Shown here in pieces: positions 28,198 to 42,155 of a DNA stretch of 64,000 nucleotides (the first letter of the stretch is position 1; every line of letters begins with the position of its first letter). Origin of the DNA: Centroscyllium fabricii (taxonomy: Eukaryota); contig JBNRSN020000020.1 of NCBI GenBank assembly GCA_051313645.2, forward strand, positions 52,452,001-52,516,000, in the 5' to 3' direction. The translations under genes and the position numbers were made by a program. Under the pieces are notes generated by a model that was not told the origin of the DNA, made no database searches, and saw nothing but the letters and a program-made list of their open reading frames with translations.

Positions 28198-29208
28198 ATT
28201 TGTCCTATCTCAGAAATCTGATATCGATCTGTGGTAAGTCCTTCATCAATTAACAATCATAGAATTGAAAATATTTTGGTACAGAAGACCAGCTGGCCCA
28301 TCATGGCTGTTCCAGTGCTAACTGCTCTACTGCAGCTATCAAGTCTAAATTTACATGTGTGCGCTGCTAGCAGGTGAGGGACCCAGCCACTAGTACAGGT
28401 GTTTAAAATCAGCCCCATCTCCTCAAATCCTATTTCCTATCAAATTTCCCTTATCCCATCCTACCTTTTTTCTTCAAATATTTATCTAATTTCCCTTAAA
28501 TGTTGTGATTGAATCGACTAGTGATAATGCATTCCAATAAACAAATAAACTTTGATGTGAAAAACATGTTGTTTAACCCCCCCCCCAATTAATGTTTGTA
28601 GCATATATTCTGAGTTGGGATCCCTTATTACTTGTTCACTGGACGCTAGAAATAATCAGGTCAAACATCCATGGCCCTCGGGGGCACTGCCACCATAAGT
28701 TTGGCTTGGCACACCAACCTGGTTGTCTGCCCTAAATTATTCAGTGGTGTGGAAGAAATTATGGATAAGGGAGGGGTCTCCCAGGTCAAGAGTCTCCTTA
28801 CCCCTGGCCTAGCGAGACATTGGTGGATCAGTATGCAAAAGATAAGTGTAGGGCCAGCTTGGGGGGTCCTGGCTTGGGTTGCAGTCTAACTGCCGAGATT
28901 TTTATCTTTTAAAGGAGACTGATGAATATCAGTGAAGCATCTTTCAGGGGAGAGGGGTGCAGCCTGACATTCCCCTCAGACTTGCCAATCTGGGCCGCAA
29001 TCTCAGTCCTCTCTTGGCAAGCAAACACCGGAGATGTCACCCTAGTGGTTGGGATGGTTGCCACCCTTATTTAAATTAGATGACCTCCCCTTGACCCCAT
29101 AAAACTTTGGCAGCTCCAGTTCAGGTGGCCACCACACCAGCAGGCAGATCCCAACAATTGCATTGCGATTTAAGAGCTGTGGTTGTTGGATCCAATCTTT
29201 TGGATAAT

Positions 29209-30397
29209 GGGCCATGTTTTCCTGTGCTCCAGAGGAGCTTCACACCCACGAAGGGGGTTCAGAAATGCTTCGTGGGTGTGAAGCACGGGTGATTCCCACA
29301 AACGTCAATTTCCTGTGCTGATGGGGAAGGAGCTTCAGCTTCCAACGCAGGAAGACTTTGAACTGCCGATTTCCTGTAGCAGCTGCTCAAAATGCGTGTG
29401 TTATCACGTGGACATTTCTGTGCTGAGCTGCACATTTACAAATCAGTCGTTAATGGGGCTGAGAAGTGGAGAAACAGGTTGAAAAGCTTTAAAAGGTAAT
29501 TTTTTTTAAATTCCTTTGGTGATGTGTGTGTGTGGTCTTTCAGCTTTTAAATGGAAGTGTTTTTTTTTCTTTTTGTTTAATTTTTTAAAAAACGGGTTTT
29601 TAAACGGGTTTTCAGCAGTTCTGGTGGCTTTTCTTAAAAGCACATTCAGAAGACAGCAGCTGGTTAATTTTTAACAGTTTTGCAGCATTTTCTTTTTTAA
29701 ACACTGGTTCCTCATTCCTAAGGTAAACATTAACCAGCTGCTGTCTTCTAAAGTGCTTTTACATAGCTGCTGTTTTTGGTGGGGTTTTTCACCTGCTGAA
29801 AGCCTTTGCTTTCTGCAGGATTCTGTGCTTTGTGCGGGGGAAAAAGCCGACCTGTTTTTACAGTAACGGAGCTGGTAACCCGTCAGCAAAATATGTTCAC
29901 AAACTAAAAGGTTCAAAATATTTCCAGATTAGTTGCTCAGCGCCTGGGGATGTTTTCTGCGTTATTGAATGCAAGTTGTTGTTATTGATCATGAACTTAG
30001 TACAATTAGAGTTAAAATCCTAATGTTCTATCAAGTAACTTAAAAAAAACAAGGTGCTTCCTCCCCGATATTCTTTGCCCCGTTGATATATCTTCCCTCC
30101 CTGAGGCCACCGACCCCGTCACCCTCATCGTATTCCGAGCTCCCCTTGATACTTGCAACAGCTGACAGGATTCTGTGCTTTGTGCGGGGGAAAAAGCCGA
30201 CCTCAGTGGGCGTGGCCTGCTCAGAACCCACGCACAAAGCACCTCGCAGCAACAAGAGCCAGACACCCACGCAGCAAAAAAACCCAGCATTTTCAGCAGG
30301 AAATCGGCGTCAAAAAATAAATAAATTACATGCGCGTGCGCCGCGGGTGCTCGGGAGCGTGCACCCGTGGCAAACGGGCCACAGGAAAACATGGCCC
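29209..30397. mobile_element. MITE with perfect 18-bp TIRs
   Basis: GGGCCATGTTTTCCTGTG ... CACAGGAAAACATGGCCC, AAT 3-bp TSD on both sides. Confidence 0.85.
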
Positions 30398-30806
30398 AAT
30401 GCCTTTTAGCCGAGGTGATTGAGGGTGCTTCTGTGACAAACAGAAACATTAAAATTTTTATTTAATTCTTTTTAAATGTAGTTAAAGCCAAAATATCGAC
30501 CAATCAGTTTTAAAATGGAAGGCAGAAGCTGGCCAATCTGCAATAATTGCCTTGTTCGGGAATGAATTAAAGTATAGGGTACTTTGACGGATAATGAATG
30601 CAGACAAAAAAGTAATTTCTAATTATTGTCAAATGTCAAAATAAGCATGCTATCATGCCCCCAGGAAGCCTGCAATTCAAGCTATAACCACTTTATTTAC
30701 TGAAGTATAATGACAGTTAACACTTTTGCTTTTCTACTGAATAAAACTTCCAATGGATGAGGATCCTAATTTTTGCTGCGAGTTTTTAGTTGCAGCAAAG
30801 ATATAA

Positions 30807-33165
30807 GGGTCAATTTTCTTCGGGCCGGGAGGCAGGTTGTTTGGTGGGGCGGGGCGCAAAATAGCAAAACCAGGGTTTCCTGAACCCCCCCCCCCCCCCG
30901 CTGGATCACCGCTGCTTTGTGATTTACCGCCGCCGTGTCTGCCCGCCCCAACTCTTTCCCGCCGGCGACTGGCGGGAATGGTCGTTAGGCTCCTTACGGA
31001 TCCTTAATTGGCATGCATAATGCCATTTTAAGGCACCCTTGTGATTTTCCGGTGTTCCCCACCCATAACCCGCCAGCTTGAAACCCCACCAGTGAAACCT
31101 GGTGGGGACACAACGGCTTGCTGACAAACAACTGCAAGTCAAAGGATGACATGCAAACAGCTGTAGCAGAAGTCCTCCCTGGGTAGCAGCCTGCAGGAGG
31201 GCTAACTGTATCCCCAGGGTGTACAATATCAGTGAGAAAAAAGCTTTCAGAAACTCACCTTGCAGCTGATTTTTAATGTTTGACAGATAGCTCTCCACTA
31301 GCTGTCAATGATACGGGTCTGCTGCTGCAGGTATCCATTGAGAAACTCACCACAGCTGTCAGTCAAGGGCTGTGCTTTTACCAGGCATTGTGATGTCATA
31401 AAGCAGTCAGTCAAGGACTGTGTTTTTACTAGGCATTATGATGTCATAAAGCAGTCAGTCAATGGCTGTGGTTTCTGCAACCAATTGAAACTGACCACAG
31501 CTGTCAGTCAAGGGCTGTGGTTTCACTAGGCTAATGGGACTCTGGTCTTTAACCAGCCGGCACCCCGCCGGCTTTCAGACTGAAAACAGTCAAGTGGTAA
31601 GGGTCCCCACATGTGGGGAATGAATTGGCTAATTGAGCCTCACAGACATCTCCAGTGTGAACTCCAGGGAAACCCCTCTTGGCACCTTCACTCAGCACTT
31701 CCTCAGCGGAGGCATATGCCAGAAGCAGGGAAGCCATTGAGGTTATGCCTTTCTGGGCATTAGAAGAGCTCCCACACCAGCCGCGGCACAACCAGTACCA
31801 GGAACAACAGCAGCAGCAGGAGCGCCAGGCTGCTGCTCACCCACCCACTCCTGCATCTGTTTCTGGAGTTCCAGAATGGCCAATCTTATGGATGGACCCA
31901 AAGGCAGAGGGTCGACATGCAGCTGAGCCCATCTGGCAGAGTCCTGCACCCTCCAACTAGGACTCTGCACTGCTGTCCCTGTCTGGATACTTAGAAGGAG
32001 CCAAAGATGGAGTGAGGTGGCAAGACCAAGTGCACTCCATATGTGTTGTCAGTTGTGTTCAAAGCATCAGAGTGATAGGGAGTGTGAGGGCTGCATGGTG
32101 GAATAGTTGTGTGAATGTGAGCATAGAGACAGAGGGAATTGGTAAGGGTGCATGGGTGTCAAGTGGGATGTGGAGGAAGAGATTGCAGAAGCTGAGTGCT
32201 GGTGAAGAAAGGCATTGGGGATCAGATTGAGAGTGATGGGCGGCACGGTGGCACAGTGGTTAGCACTGTTGTCTCACAGCACTGGAGACCCGGGTTCAAA
32301 TCCAGCCTCGGGTACTATCTGTGTGGAGTTTGCACATACTCCCCGTGTCTGCATGGGTTTCCTCCGGGTGCTCCGGTTTCCTCCCACAGTCCAAAGATGT
32401 GCGGTTTAGGTTGATTGGCCATGATAAATTGACCCTTAGTGTTAGGGGGATTGAATATGTGGGGTTACGGGGATAGGGTGGGATATGTGTCAGTGCAGGC
32501 TCGATAGGGATTGAGGGATATGGGGAGAGGGCAGGGGCAGGGTGCTGGTTTTGGATGATCAGCCATGATCTCATTGAATGGCAGAGCAGGCTCGAAGGGC
32601 TGAATGGCCTACTCCTGCTCCTAGTTTCTATGTTTCTATGTTTCTATCCTCACTTTTCCAGTGTGCAGAAGGTCATAAAATCTCTTCCTGCAATGATTGC
32701 AGGTTTTGCGGGGTGCTGATAATGAGTTGCTCTCCCCTGCCACCTGAATACACACAGCCTGCTGTGGAGGCTTCTTCTTCCCTGAAGAAGGGAAGAGCAC
32801 CTCTTTATGAGCTCCTGCTCCCTCAATTGAAGCTTGCAGGGCCACATCATCAAAGCTGGAAGCAGACCTAGGTCTCTCAATGGTCATTCTGCCGCCAGAT
32901 CCCTCTGGCATGAAAGGGCACAAGGTTGCCAGTCCACAGCAGAAGCAAGGCTTGCTGTGGGCCTGAAATGTACCAGCAATGATGACATCATATTTTGCGA
33001 CGTTCTGACTGGAAATAGTCACTTGCCAAGGGTTCCCACATGCTGGAAATCAATTGGCCAATTGAGCCAACATTGCATGGGACTCCCAGGCCCTTAAAGA
33101 TTCGTGTTAGAAACCTGATCCACCGGAAACCCGCCAATTCCCCACACCTCAGGGAAAATTTACCC
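30807..33165. mobile_element. Internally deleted Harbinger derivative containing a SINE
   Basis: TIR-like GGGTCAATTTTC / GAAAATTTACCCC; left part similar to 9820-10450; Myb-gene remnants. Confidence 0.65.
32238..32646 (+). mobile_element. tRNA-derived V-SINE (HE1-like) with CR1-derived tail
   Basis: A box TGGCACAGTGG, B box GGTTCAAATCC, V-domain TGTGTGGAGTTTGCA..GGGTTTCCTCCGGGTGCTCCGGTTTCCTCCCAC, CR1-like 3' end. Confidence 0.88.
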
Positions 33166-33704
33166 CGTAATATCTCATTCAGGAAACATGAGCAAGAAAA
33201 GAGAACAATTCTGTTTCAGGCACAGGTGCTATTACTTGCTAGAGACTGTCAGACATAGCTTTCTGAAAAGGGTACATTAAACTCATTAAGTATTGTACTG
33301 AATTGAATCTTCCTGCCTTTTTGTATACGTTTATTTGTAAATAAATCTTAACTTCAGTTTTAGCCTATATGCTGTGACTAACCAGTGGGTCCTGTTCCAT
33401 TTAAATGATGGGAGGATATGGCGGGCATCTCATATATTCTCCCTTTAGTTGATTACCACGATTCAGAGTTGAATCCTAGACCTTGTCTATGCTAACCCAT
33501 AGCCAGCAAAGAATAAAGATGCAGGTTTTAGTTTGTAAGTGACACTATCTGCTTATAGAAACTGGACAAGCCCATGAACATGAGAACGCTTTTGCCAACA
33601 TGCACAAACTATAACAATCATAATTACACAAAGCAAGTTATGGGCATTTATGCTAAGTGAGAAAGTAAAAGGAAGGGAAAACTACTGCTGGTGGCTGTGG
33701 TGAG

Positions 33705-35615
33705 ATGGCCAACTCCAGAGCCAAGGCCTCCCCGAGGTTCTCAGATGATTCTCTGAGTATTTTGGTTGAGGGGGTGAGAGCTAGCAAGGAGTTGCTCTTC
33801 CCCTCATCTGGGAGGAAGAAGCCTCCCACACAAACCAATGCTGGCTGGGTGCAGCTGGCACAAGATGCAACCTCCAGATCGGTGTGCAGCAGAACATGGC
33901 TGCAGTGCCACAAAAGGTTCAATGACCTTGTAAGATCAGCCAAAGTGAGTATACCATCAGCTTGACCCTCATTCTGCTCCTCTTCTGCTCTCATCACCAG
34001 CACTCTGCATTGTCAACCTCCTCCGACACATCCCACTTTACACTTACAACCCTTCCCCCTTAACCATCCCTCTCAGTCTATGAACACAATCACTTCACTA
34101 TTCAGCTATGCTGCCCTCACCCTCCCTAGCAATGACAACGACTAACAGCACACAGGGAGGGCCCTTAGAAATGGAACCTCACTCCATCTTTGTCTCCTTC
34201 TAAGCATCTATGCTCTAGATTCTCTACACTCATTCCATCATTCTCACTCAAACTCCACTTGTCTCCCACATTGCAGGAAAAGATAGCCGACAATAAAAGG
34301 GAAATGGCAAAGACTAGAGGAGGGCCACCTTCCCTCATCCATTTGACCAATGCTGAAGAGGCGGCCCTGGAGATCGCTGGCGCTGAGGTGGAGGTGAAAC
34401 TGTGGGATGGACAGATGGGTGCAGCAGAGCAAGCTGGTGACAGAATAGTTTTGCTTCTCTCTCTTTTACATTGCAGGAGTCACTAGAATGGCTGTGAATG
34501 TACATTTATAGAATGGCAATTGATCATCTGCGCTATTGCATGTGCAGCCCACTCTACCGTAACATCTCTAACTCATTCCTTTACTTCCCCACAGGACCAT
34601 CGACAGCCACCCTCTCCACTGTCCAGGATGAAGAGTCTGAGGTGGAAGACTCCTCAGAGGAACCTGCAACCTCTGAGGATGCAGTGTCAGCAGAAGTAAG
34701 TGCACCCAGCACCAGCTCAGATACGTACACCTCAGTGGCACCTTCGGGACATAGAGTAGTGTTATCACCTGGTGTATCACAGCTCACAAGTGAGCATCAG
34801 CAGGTGGTGGAGACAAGGACTGCAGTGGGGAGTCCTTGTTGGAGGTCACAGGGCGCTCCCAGCTCTGCTCAGCTGCATGTGGACCCTGTGCCTCCGGGTC
34901 CATCCAGAAAGAGAATGGTGCTGGAACTCCAGGAACAGGTGCAGAAGTCTCTGGCAGGTTTTGTCTCCAGGGACACTGCATGTGTGGAGAGGATCGAGGA
35001 GTCCAACCTGAGTATGAGTCGAGCCTTTGTGGAGTCATTGGCGCATGAGCGCATCGCCTCGGAAAGGTTGGCTACCTCCGTGGAAGCGATGTCTATCCGT
35101 GGTATCAATGACTGCCTCTCTGCAGACGATGGCCAGTGCCATGGAGGAGATAAGTCACCAGAGTGTTGAAAACATGATCAGTGTTCAGAATAGACTGACA
35201 GAGAGACCAGAGCTTCATGGAAGTCCTCAGCAGTAGGACTGCCAGTGCAGAAACGGGTCCTCCTAGCCCCACTGATGTGCAGCAAGGTGCTCTCAAGCCA
35301 TTTGCTAGAATTGAGGTGGACTGACCCATGAGAGGGATGTTGGTAGCTCCTCTTCAAGTGCTCACACTTCCAAGCTGCTGCATTGCCCTCAGTCAGAGCT
35401 CCACCAGAGTCCTCACCCAACTGAGATGGGCGTCTCAGCCCCTGCACAGCTACAGGAGGAGCAGACTGTTGCCGAGCCCTCATAGGCTCGCAAACCCAGA
35501 GGACACCCACCAAAGGTGTCGAAGCAGAAGCTATATGAAAGTGAGCAAGGGGCCTCCACTTCTGCTGAAGCCACAGGGGAAGCACAATGTAGGAGCACGC
35601 ATAAGAGGAAAATAA
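33705..35615 (+). pseudogene. Harbinger Myb/SANT-like DNA-binding protein gene (spliced, degenerate)
   Basis: Exon 1 PRFSDDSLSILVEGV..W..RTWLQCHKRFNDL then GTGAGT donor (~33945); further exons from ~34277 and ~34594. Confidence 0.75.
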
Positions 35616-35899
35616 AACACAATTATTCACACGGGCAGTCACTTGGGTGTTGTTTTGTGTTTAATGATTAAATACCACTCCTTTGTCAATGTATTAAACT
35701 CTGGTGATGGCAAATTGTTGACATTATGGCATCTGTGATTTCAGTTATAGAAGTTCCACATTGTGGCCACAAAGTAAGACTTGCTTGGTCAGGTTGGTGG
35801 GCAGAGTGAGAGGAAGCCAGAGAGTCATGTCCATTGTCTCTCTTGTGCTAAGAAGGAGCCAAGCACATATGCTAGAATGGGCAACCTAAGCAAATCTGG

Positions 35900-37100
35900 C
35901 CAAGATGAGTGCATCCCCTACATTTCGGCCAGCAATGTGCTTGCGTGCTGCTGCTGTTGGTTGAAGTGCCTCTGCTCGGTCATCATTCTCCTCCTCTTCC
36001 TATGCCTCCTCTTCATCCGAGGAGGCTATGAACTGAGCCACTTGTTCCCCAGGAAGCTGCAAGCCATGAAGCTGTGCGATGTTCTGCAGCGCACAGCAGA
36101 CCACAACCATTCTGGAGAGCCTTGCTGCTGAGTGTTGCAGGGCTCCACCTGATCGGTCAAGGCATTTGAATCGCATTTTCAGCAAGTTGATGGTTTGTTC
36201 AATGATGGACCTGGTCGAAATGTGGCTGGCGTGTAGCGCTCCTTAGCTTAGTTTGCTGGCCTCCTGATTGGCGTCATTGGCCACATCTTCAGGGGGTAGT
36301 CCTTGTCTCCAAGTAGACATCCGTTAATTTGGTTTAGCGGATTGAAGAGCGTAGGACACTAGTATGCCGCAGGATGAACGAGTCATGGCAACTGCCACAG
36401 TACTTGGCGCAAATGTGCAAAATCTCCTTCTTGTGGTTACACACCATTTGTAAAGTGATGGAGTGAAGGCCCTTGCGGTTGACAACTTTCGATGGATTGT
36501 GATGGGGTGCTATAAGGGCCATATGTGTGCAGTCTATGATGCCCTGCACCATGGGCAAGCCTGCCATGTTTGCGAATCCAGCTGCATGCGTGGTTATACT
36601 TGCTTGGTCAGTTGAAAGGTTGATGTAATTGTGCGCCTTTGCGAAGAGGGCATCAGTAAACTGCACAATGCAACTGTGGGCGGCCGACTGGGAGATGCCG
36701 CTGATGTCTGCTGATGATTCCTGGAAGGAGCCTGAAGCAAAGTAGTTGAGTGCGGTGGTGACTTTGACAGCCACTGGTAAATGGTGTCCACCTGCTCCTC
36801 TGGGCTCCAGGTGTTGGCGCAGCATTGCGCAGATGTCAGCGACTACCTCTCATGAAAGACTCAGCCTCCTTTGGCAATGCTGCTCACTCATGCTGAGAAA
36901 GCTTCTCCTTGTCCTGTAAACCATGAGATGAGGATATCTCCTGCGGCAACGTGCTGCCATGTGCTGGCGCCTTCTGTCCTGTGCAGCATCAGGTGGGTGA
37001 GCAGGAGATTGGCATAACTGCTGCTGTTGCTGCTGAGCTGCCTGGTTCTACTGCTGCTGTAGCTGCTCCTCGTCTGAATCTGAGGTCCATGATGAAAGGA
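35900..37100 (-). pseudogene. Harbinger transposase (frameshifted), convergent with the Myb gene; element end GAAAATCACCCC at ~37609
   Basis: LPVAVKVTTALNYF, IIDCTH, NRKGLHSI, HDSFIL, LKMRFKCLDRSGG. Confidence 0.85.
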
Positions 37101-38387
37101 AATAAATGTTTCCCATGCTGCTGGTAGATACCTCCATTGGGGAAGCACTCAGTCCAAGTGGAGAGAGGGTTTTCCCAGGTCACAAAGTAGTTTGATCTCA
37201 GCTGCACCACCTCCGACTTCAGTAGGCCTGGAAAATGTGCTCAAAGACCTATGCAACACATGTTCTGCTATCTCCAACTCATCCCTGTTGAAAGCTCCAT
37301 TTTTATGGTGGAGCTACAGTTGTGAGGAGGCCAGCCACTTGTCAACCCGCCAGGATTAGCTGGCGTGGTTTAGGAGTGGCATGCAACATGCTGTCAATGT
37401 GGAAAAATAACAAAGGCCTGGCAAAATATTATTACAGAGTCCCTTAAGCACTTGGTAAGGGTCTTAACTGCATATCCCGCCTCCGAATCGTACTCTTGAA
37501 GCCCGGCAAAGCTGCGTGGAGGCGGGTTGGAGGTGGGTTCCAAACCTGCACTTACTTTTTGCAATTTTACCAACTGTCCCGCCTCCCCAGGGCTGGGAAA
37601 ATCACCCCCTTACAGATTCCCAAAAAGCAATTAAATGTAGCAAAGTTGCTATTATTTCAGCATATATCATTTATTCATGTGTTACATCGGATAGACTTTA
37701 ATAATTGGATTCCAATTTGTGTTTCTGCAAATGTCACAATTCAGCCAAATGTATTCATTAGGAATACGAGTTGAATTTTAAATGCACAATCTATATTGAA
37801 GTGATTCTGTGTACAATTTGTTACTCACATAAGCAAAGAAAAACTAGCCAGGATAGTGGCAGCCAGATAATGAGTTGAGGTCTAGCTGTGGCAACGTCTT
37901 TCAAGCCAAATATCAACAGCTTGTAGCTGTATAAAACAGTATTCGATTACGATCTGTAGAATTCTATCAGCTAGATTTGCTAGGGTCAGTTGCAGAATAA
38001 ATAGGTAGTTGGATGTTAAGAGTGTGATTGCAATCTTAAAGCTTTCAGTTGCTTACAAGTGTCAACTTGACTTACTATTTGTCCATACAGCTCAAGGCCC
38101 TGAAAGTCCACAGCTGTTCCAAAGTTCTCCTACTGTAACTCCAGTGGGAGCCTGCCAGAAACTAGGACAGAGCTTGATACGCTGGATCTCAGCCTTGCAC
38201 TCCAGTATGAAAGGGGGTAGAGGAGAAGGTATTGAGTGCATCTGAGGCCTTAGTGGGATCAAATGTATAATGGTGGATATATGCCTGCTCAGACCAGGTT
38301 GTGGGGTCCAGATGGAGATCCAAACCAGCTTCAAGGCATGGACCTCCAATGATAAAAACATTTTTCTTAAAATCAAAGAGCTAGAAA

Positions 38388-39882
38388 TTCATTATAGCCC
38401 AGATTTGGGCGGTATCATTAGAAAAATTTGAGAATTAGCACCAGGCGCGAATACTTTAGATTGCACGCACAATTCATTCTCACTGTTCAATGAAATGATT
38501 GGAGCGCTAATTCAAGTCTGTAAGGCCTAGCTTATTGGTGTTGCACTTAAAGGGTGGACCAATTTCAGGTGCAGTCTAATCGCAACTCATCATTGCCACA
38601 GTCTCTTCCCAGTACTTAAAGGGGAGGTTCATTGATGCTGCAGCACCTCATTCTCAGCATTGCTGGCTGTGCAGCTGCCTCAGCAAGGAGAAGCACAACA
38701 AGGAGAAGGAGCTGGAGGACTGAAGCAGGTGTGTTCATGGCAGATCCACCTCAGTCAGGTGGTCAGGGTGATTGAATGCTTCAACAAATGCTACATACCA
38801 CCATCTGTATCACAAGCTTCACACACTGCCCAAAGCACCACACCCCCAGCACTCACCCGCCAACAATCTCTACCTACCAACACTCACACCTGTATCTCAC
38901 ATCTTGCACACAATGGCAGCTATTCAACTATGGCAGGCACAAGGGTCATTAGTTATTGGAATGAATGTGATATGTGTGATATGCTTAAGCATAAATTTAT
39001 TAATGGAGTTTGCAATATTTTGTGGTCTCTCTCATTTCACCTTTGTGCCTAGGAGGATGCTGTGATATGGCTTGACAGAGGGATGGTATGATGGGGATAT
39101 GGTGAGCAAAAGGGATCTGAGGTTTAAGTCATTCTTCTGTGAGGCTGGAGGTCTATGTGGAGGAGACGGCAGAGTTCTGTGACCACCACCTTGGTGATGC
39201 AAAGCCATCTAATATACTGCTCGTCACTTAATTGAAGGTAGGAGAAGTGGTGTAGGAATATCCTCGGAGGGTAAGGCCTCCTGGTGAGAGCTCTGATGTC
39301 CCTCCTCATTCCTCTGCACACATGTTCCCGTATTTCTCACTGCCTATGCTCGCTCCACTGTAGATCCTGGGGGGCGAGGTGGCGCAAGTACAGCCCCCCA
39401 TTAAAGTTGCCAAGTGTAGCAGTTTGAATCTTTGAACAATAAATGTAGCTACTTTGTAGTAACCAGAAGATTACTGATACAATGGGAGCTTGAAAGTACT
39501 CATAAGAACTGTCCTACTCGGTGAAACTGACAACAAATCATTGAAACTAACCTGCCCTGACAGCTGGGAGTGATTAATGCTGATGTTTTTAAATAACATA
39601 GCTGGAGCCAGCTTCCTGGAGCTGTACTCCAGCTCTCCATGTTGCTGTCTGATCAAGGCAACAATGAATTTTCCAGATCAGGCAGCCAGTGAGCGTTGCA
39701 CGCTCACTGATGTCACATTCTGCCTGGCGTTGAAGTCCCCGGTGGTACCTCGTACCGGCGGCACAATGGTGGGGGGAAGCCAGATTTGCCATGCGTCGCT
39801 AGATTCTCCTCGCCCCGGTGCTATTGCATCACCACCCCATTACCACTATCTGCTGGTGCTAAGGTATGGAATTATTCCACCC
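38388..39882. mobile_element. Highly degenerate Harbinger derivative
   Basis: 39124-39321 RRPYPPRIF..LSDEQ..VVTELC; Myb-exon remnant near 38750. Confidence 0.5.
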
Positions 39883-39980
39883 AAATCTTTTTAACTTGTA
39901 CTGCAGCCCATTTGAAAAGGGGGCCCTGGAGGCAACTACATCTATTTACCAAGGTGCCCTGTCATCCTCTCTACATGGGC

Positions 39981-41100
39981 TGAAGGGATAATTACTAGTC
40001 CTAGCCCCTTTAGGGGTACCCTGGATCAGGTGTATTCCTCAGACATTCACTTTCAAATCAAGTTTGAGGTAGCTGAATCCTAAAGATGCTTAATTGGGTC
40101 TAAAGGTCCAGACTATCTCCCCCTAAAGTAAAGGAATAACCTGAAGATGTTACCATCCTCCAGGTAGCACTTTTAATAAGTTTAGCTAGACTGTAACATT
40201 CTGGATATTATGAGGGTTTGGAAAACTCCCTCAAAATTCTGCAACTCCTCACCAAAGAGTGTACAGTGATTGAATTTGCGAGATTGATACAGGAGTATTA
40301 TGTGAGACAGTTCTAAAATATATAGACTTATTAAAAAACTGACATGTAATTACAGTAGGTGTTTCAATTGCAACATTAACAGTTCCAAAAAGAGTAAGCT
40401 TACTATTTTTATTATCAGATCTTAACTTCACTACAGTTTTACAGTTCTTAATCTTATTCCAGGATATCCACCAAAATCAAATACCTTTGTTACCTTTAAT
40501 CTCCGAGGTACAAAGAGTTGTATATTTACAGAGCCGCCTCTGAAGCCTGAGACTCGTGTTGCCCCTTTACAGCGAGACTATCATCCCATTTGAAAGTTCA
40601 ATATATATATCCTTTTTTCAGTGGTATTTCCTTTGAGGTTTTCTGCTGATGGAAGCTAATTATCTCTAGTGATTTTTTCTGTTGACTTCTGCTGTTCTTA
40701 CAGTCAGTTTAGCTGGTAGGATTAAGAATTGTGTCTCTACCCTAGGTGTTTGGAGCTTATCATAGAAATCAGTGTAACAGCAGGTGCATTTCACATGATG
40801 TCATCTTTACAAAGGCATATGTTTCTGCTTCTTTTATGTGCCTGTTTACAAAGTGTACTTTAGAACACCTTAACCAGGATGTACCAGTGTCTGCCCCCAA
40901 AGGTTCGGACCGTCAGGAGCCTCCAACCTCCTGTTTCAATAAGGTTATTGATTCAGTGTCTATTACCAGAATGCTGTAACAGTTTTAGATTGTTGAGGCT
41001 TCCAGATTTCCAGACCGAGTTTGTCATGTTTTAATAAGACCAGAATTCTTTAATAGAATGGTGTATTTTTCTGAATCGGTATATGGCTTATTGCTTCACA
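39981..41100 (-). mobile_element. Solo LTR, same family as 6535-9742
   Basis: TGAAGGG...CTTCACA on the + strand, GGGC 4-bp TSD, long inverted homology to 6535-9742. Confidence 0.8.
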
Positions 41101-42155
41101 GGGCCACCTTCCCCAACATTTCAGCTTTCTTTCTATGGTGGGTGCTCCAGATGTGCCCCCAGTGTCATTCAAAACATGGGACATCCCCTTGTCCCACAAA
41201 CATTTGTGAGAGCAGTGTCGAATATCTCAACAAGCGTATCTTGGTGGTGCTTGAGCCCATCCCCCCAACCTGCGTATTCTTGGGCCCCAAGTGTATGGCA
41301 TATCTGATGGTGATTGGACTGTCACTGCTATATAGTGAGGGGCTGAATGCCTACTCCTGTTCCTATGGTGTAAACTATGAGACACAAAACTACTTAGAAC
41401 TTGTTAGTATTTGCAACGAGAATATGTGGTTGCTGTTACTTCCACGATTGTTTTTTTAAACCAAGGTGAAGGGCCAAGACCCACAATGCAAGATTGAAAA
41501 GAACAAAATATTGTTACACATGACAAACAAATTGGCATCAAGGTAAAAAAAAAAGTCTTAATTGAAAGGAAAGTAAGAAATTGTATAGGTGTGATCAGAC
41601 TTGGAGACATCTGTGCAACACTGGTAATCAAACTTCAAACCAAACAGCTGTGCCTTGAGGAGTGTTAATAAGAGCAACACAAATTATTTCAAGTTTAAAA
41701 GGAATGAGGTATGGACAAAATTTAAGCTCTGCCATCTAAAGAGAAAGTTAAGAGGGACCTAACTGCCTTATGTAAAATATTAAATATAATGGATAAGGTG
41801 AGCACAGAGTATTATTTTCAAATATGTCAATCCAGTTAAAAAGGCCATAAAAAAGCAAACACAGCACTGGGGCTCATTTCTAGAAGGATAGAACTGAAAA
41901 GCAAAGAGGTTATGTTAAACTTGTATTGAACCTTGGTTAGACCACACCAGTCTGGTCTGCTTATTATAAAAAGGATATAGAGGCATTAGTGAAGGTGCAA
42001 AATAGATTTACAAGATGATACCAGAACTGAGAGGATGTACTTACCAGGAAAGGCTGAACAGGCTGTCTCTTTTCTCTAGAAAAGAGGAGGCTGAGAGGTG
42101 ACCTGATGAGGTCTTTAAGATAATGAAATGGTTTGATAGAGTAGACATAAAAAAA

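Noticed and set aside
32238-32310. tRNA-like A/B boxes
   Set aside because: SINE heads, not tRNA genes; followed by V-domain and LINE tail.
37829-37926. Possible minus-strand host exon (cag|..|gtgagt, hydrophobic peptide)
   Set aside because: Plausible splice sites, but no homology recognised and no partner exons established.
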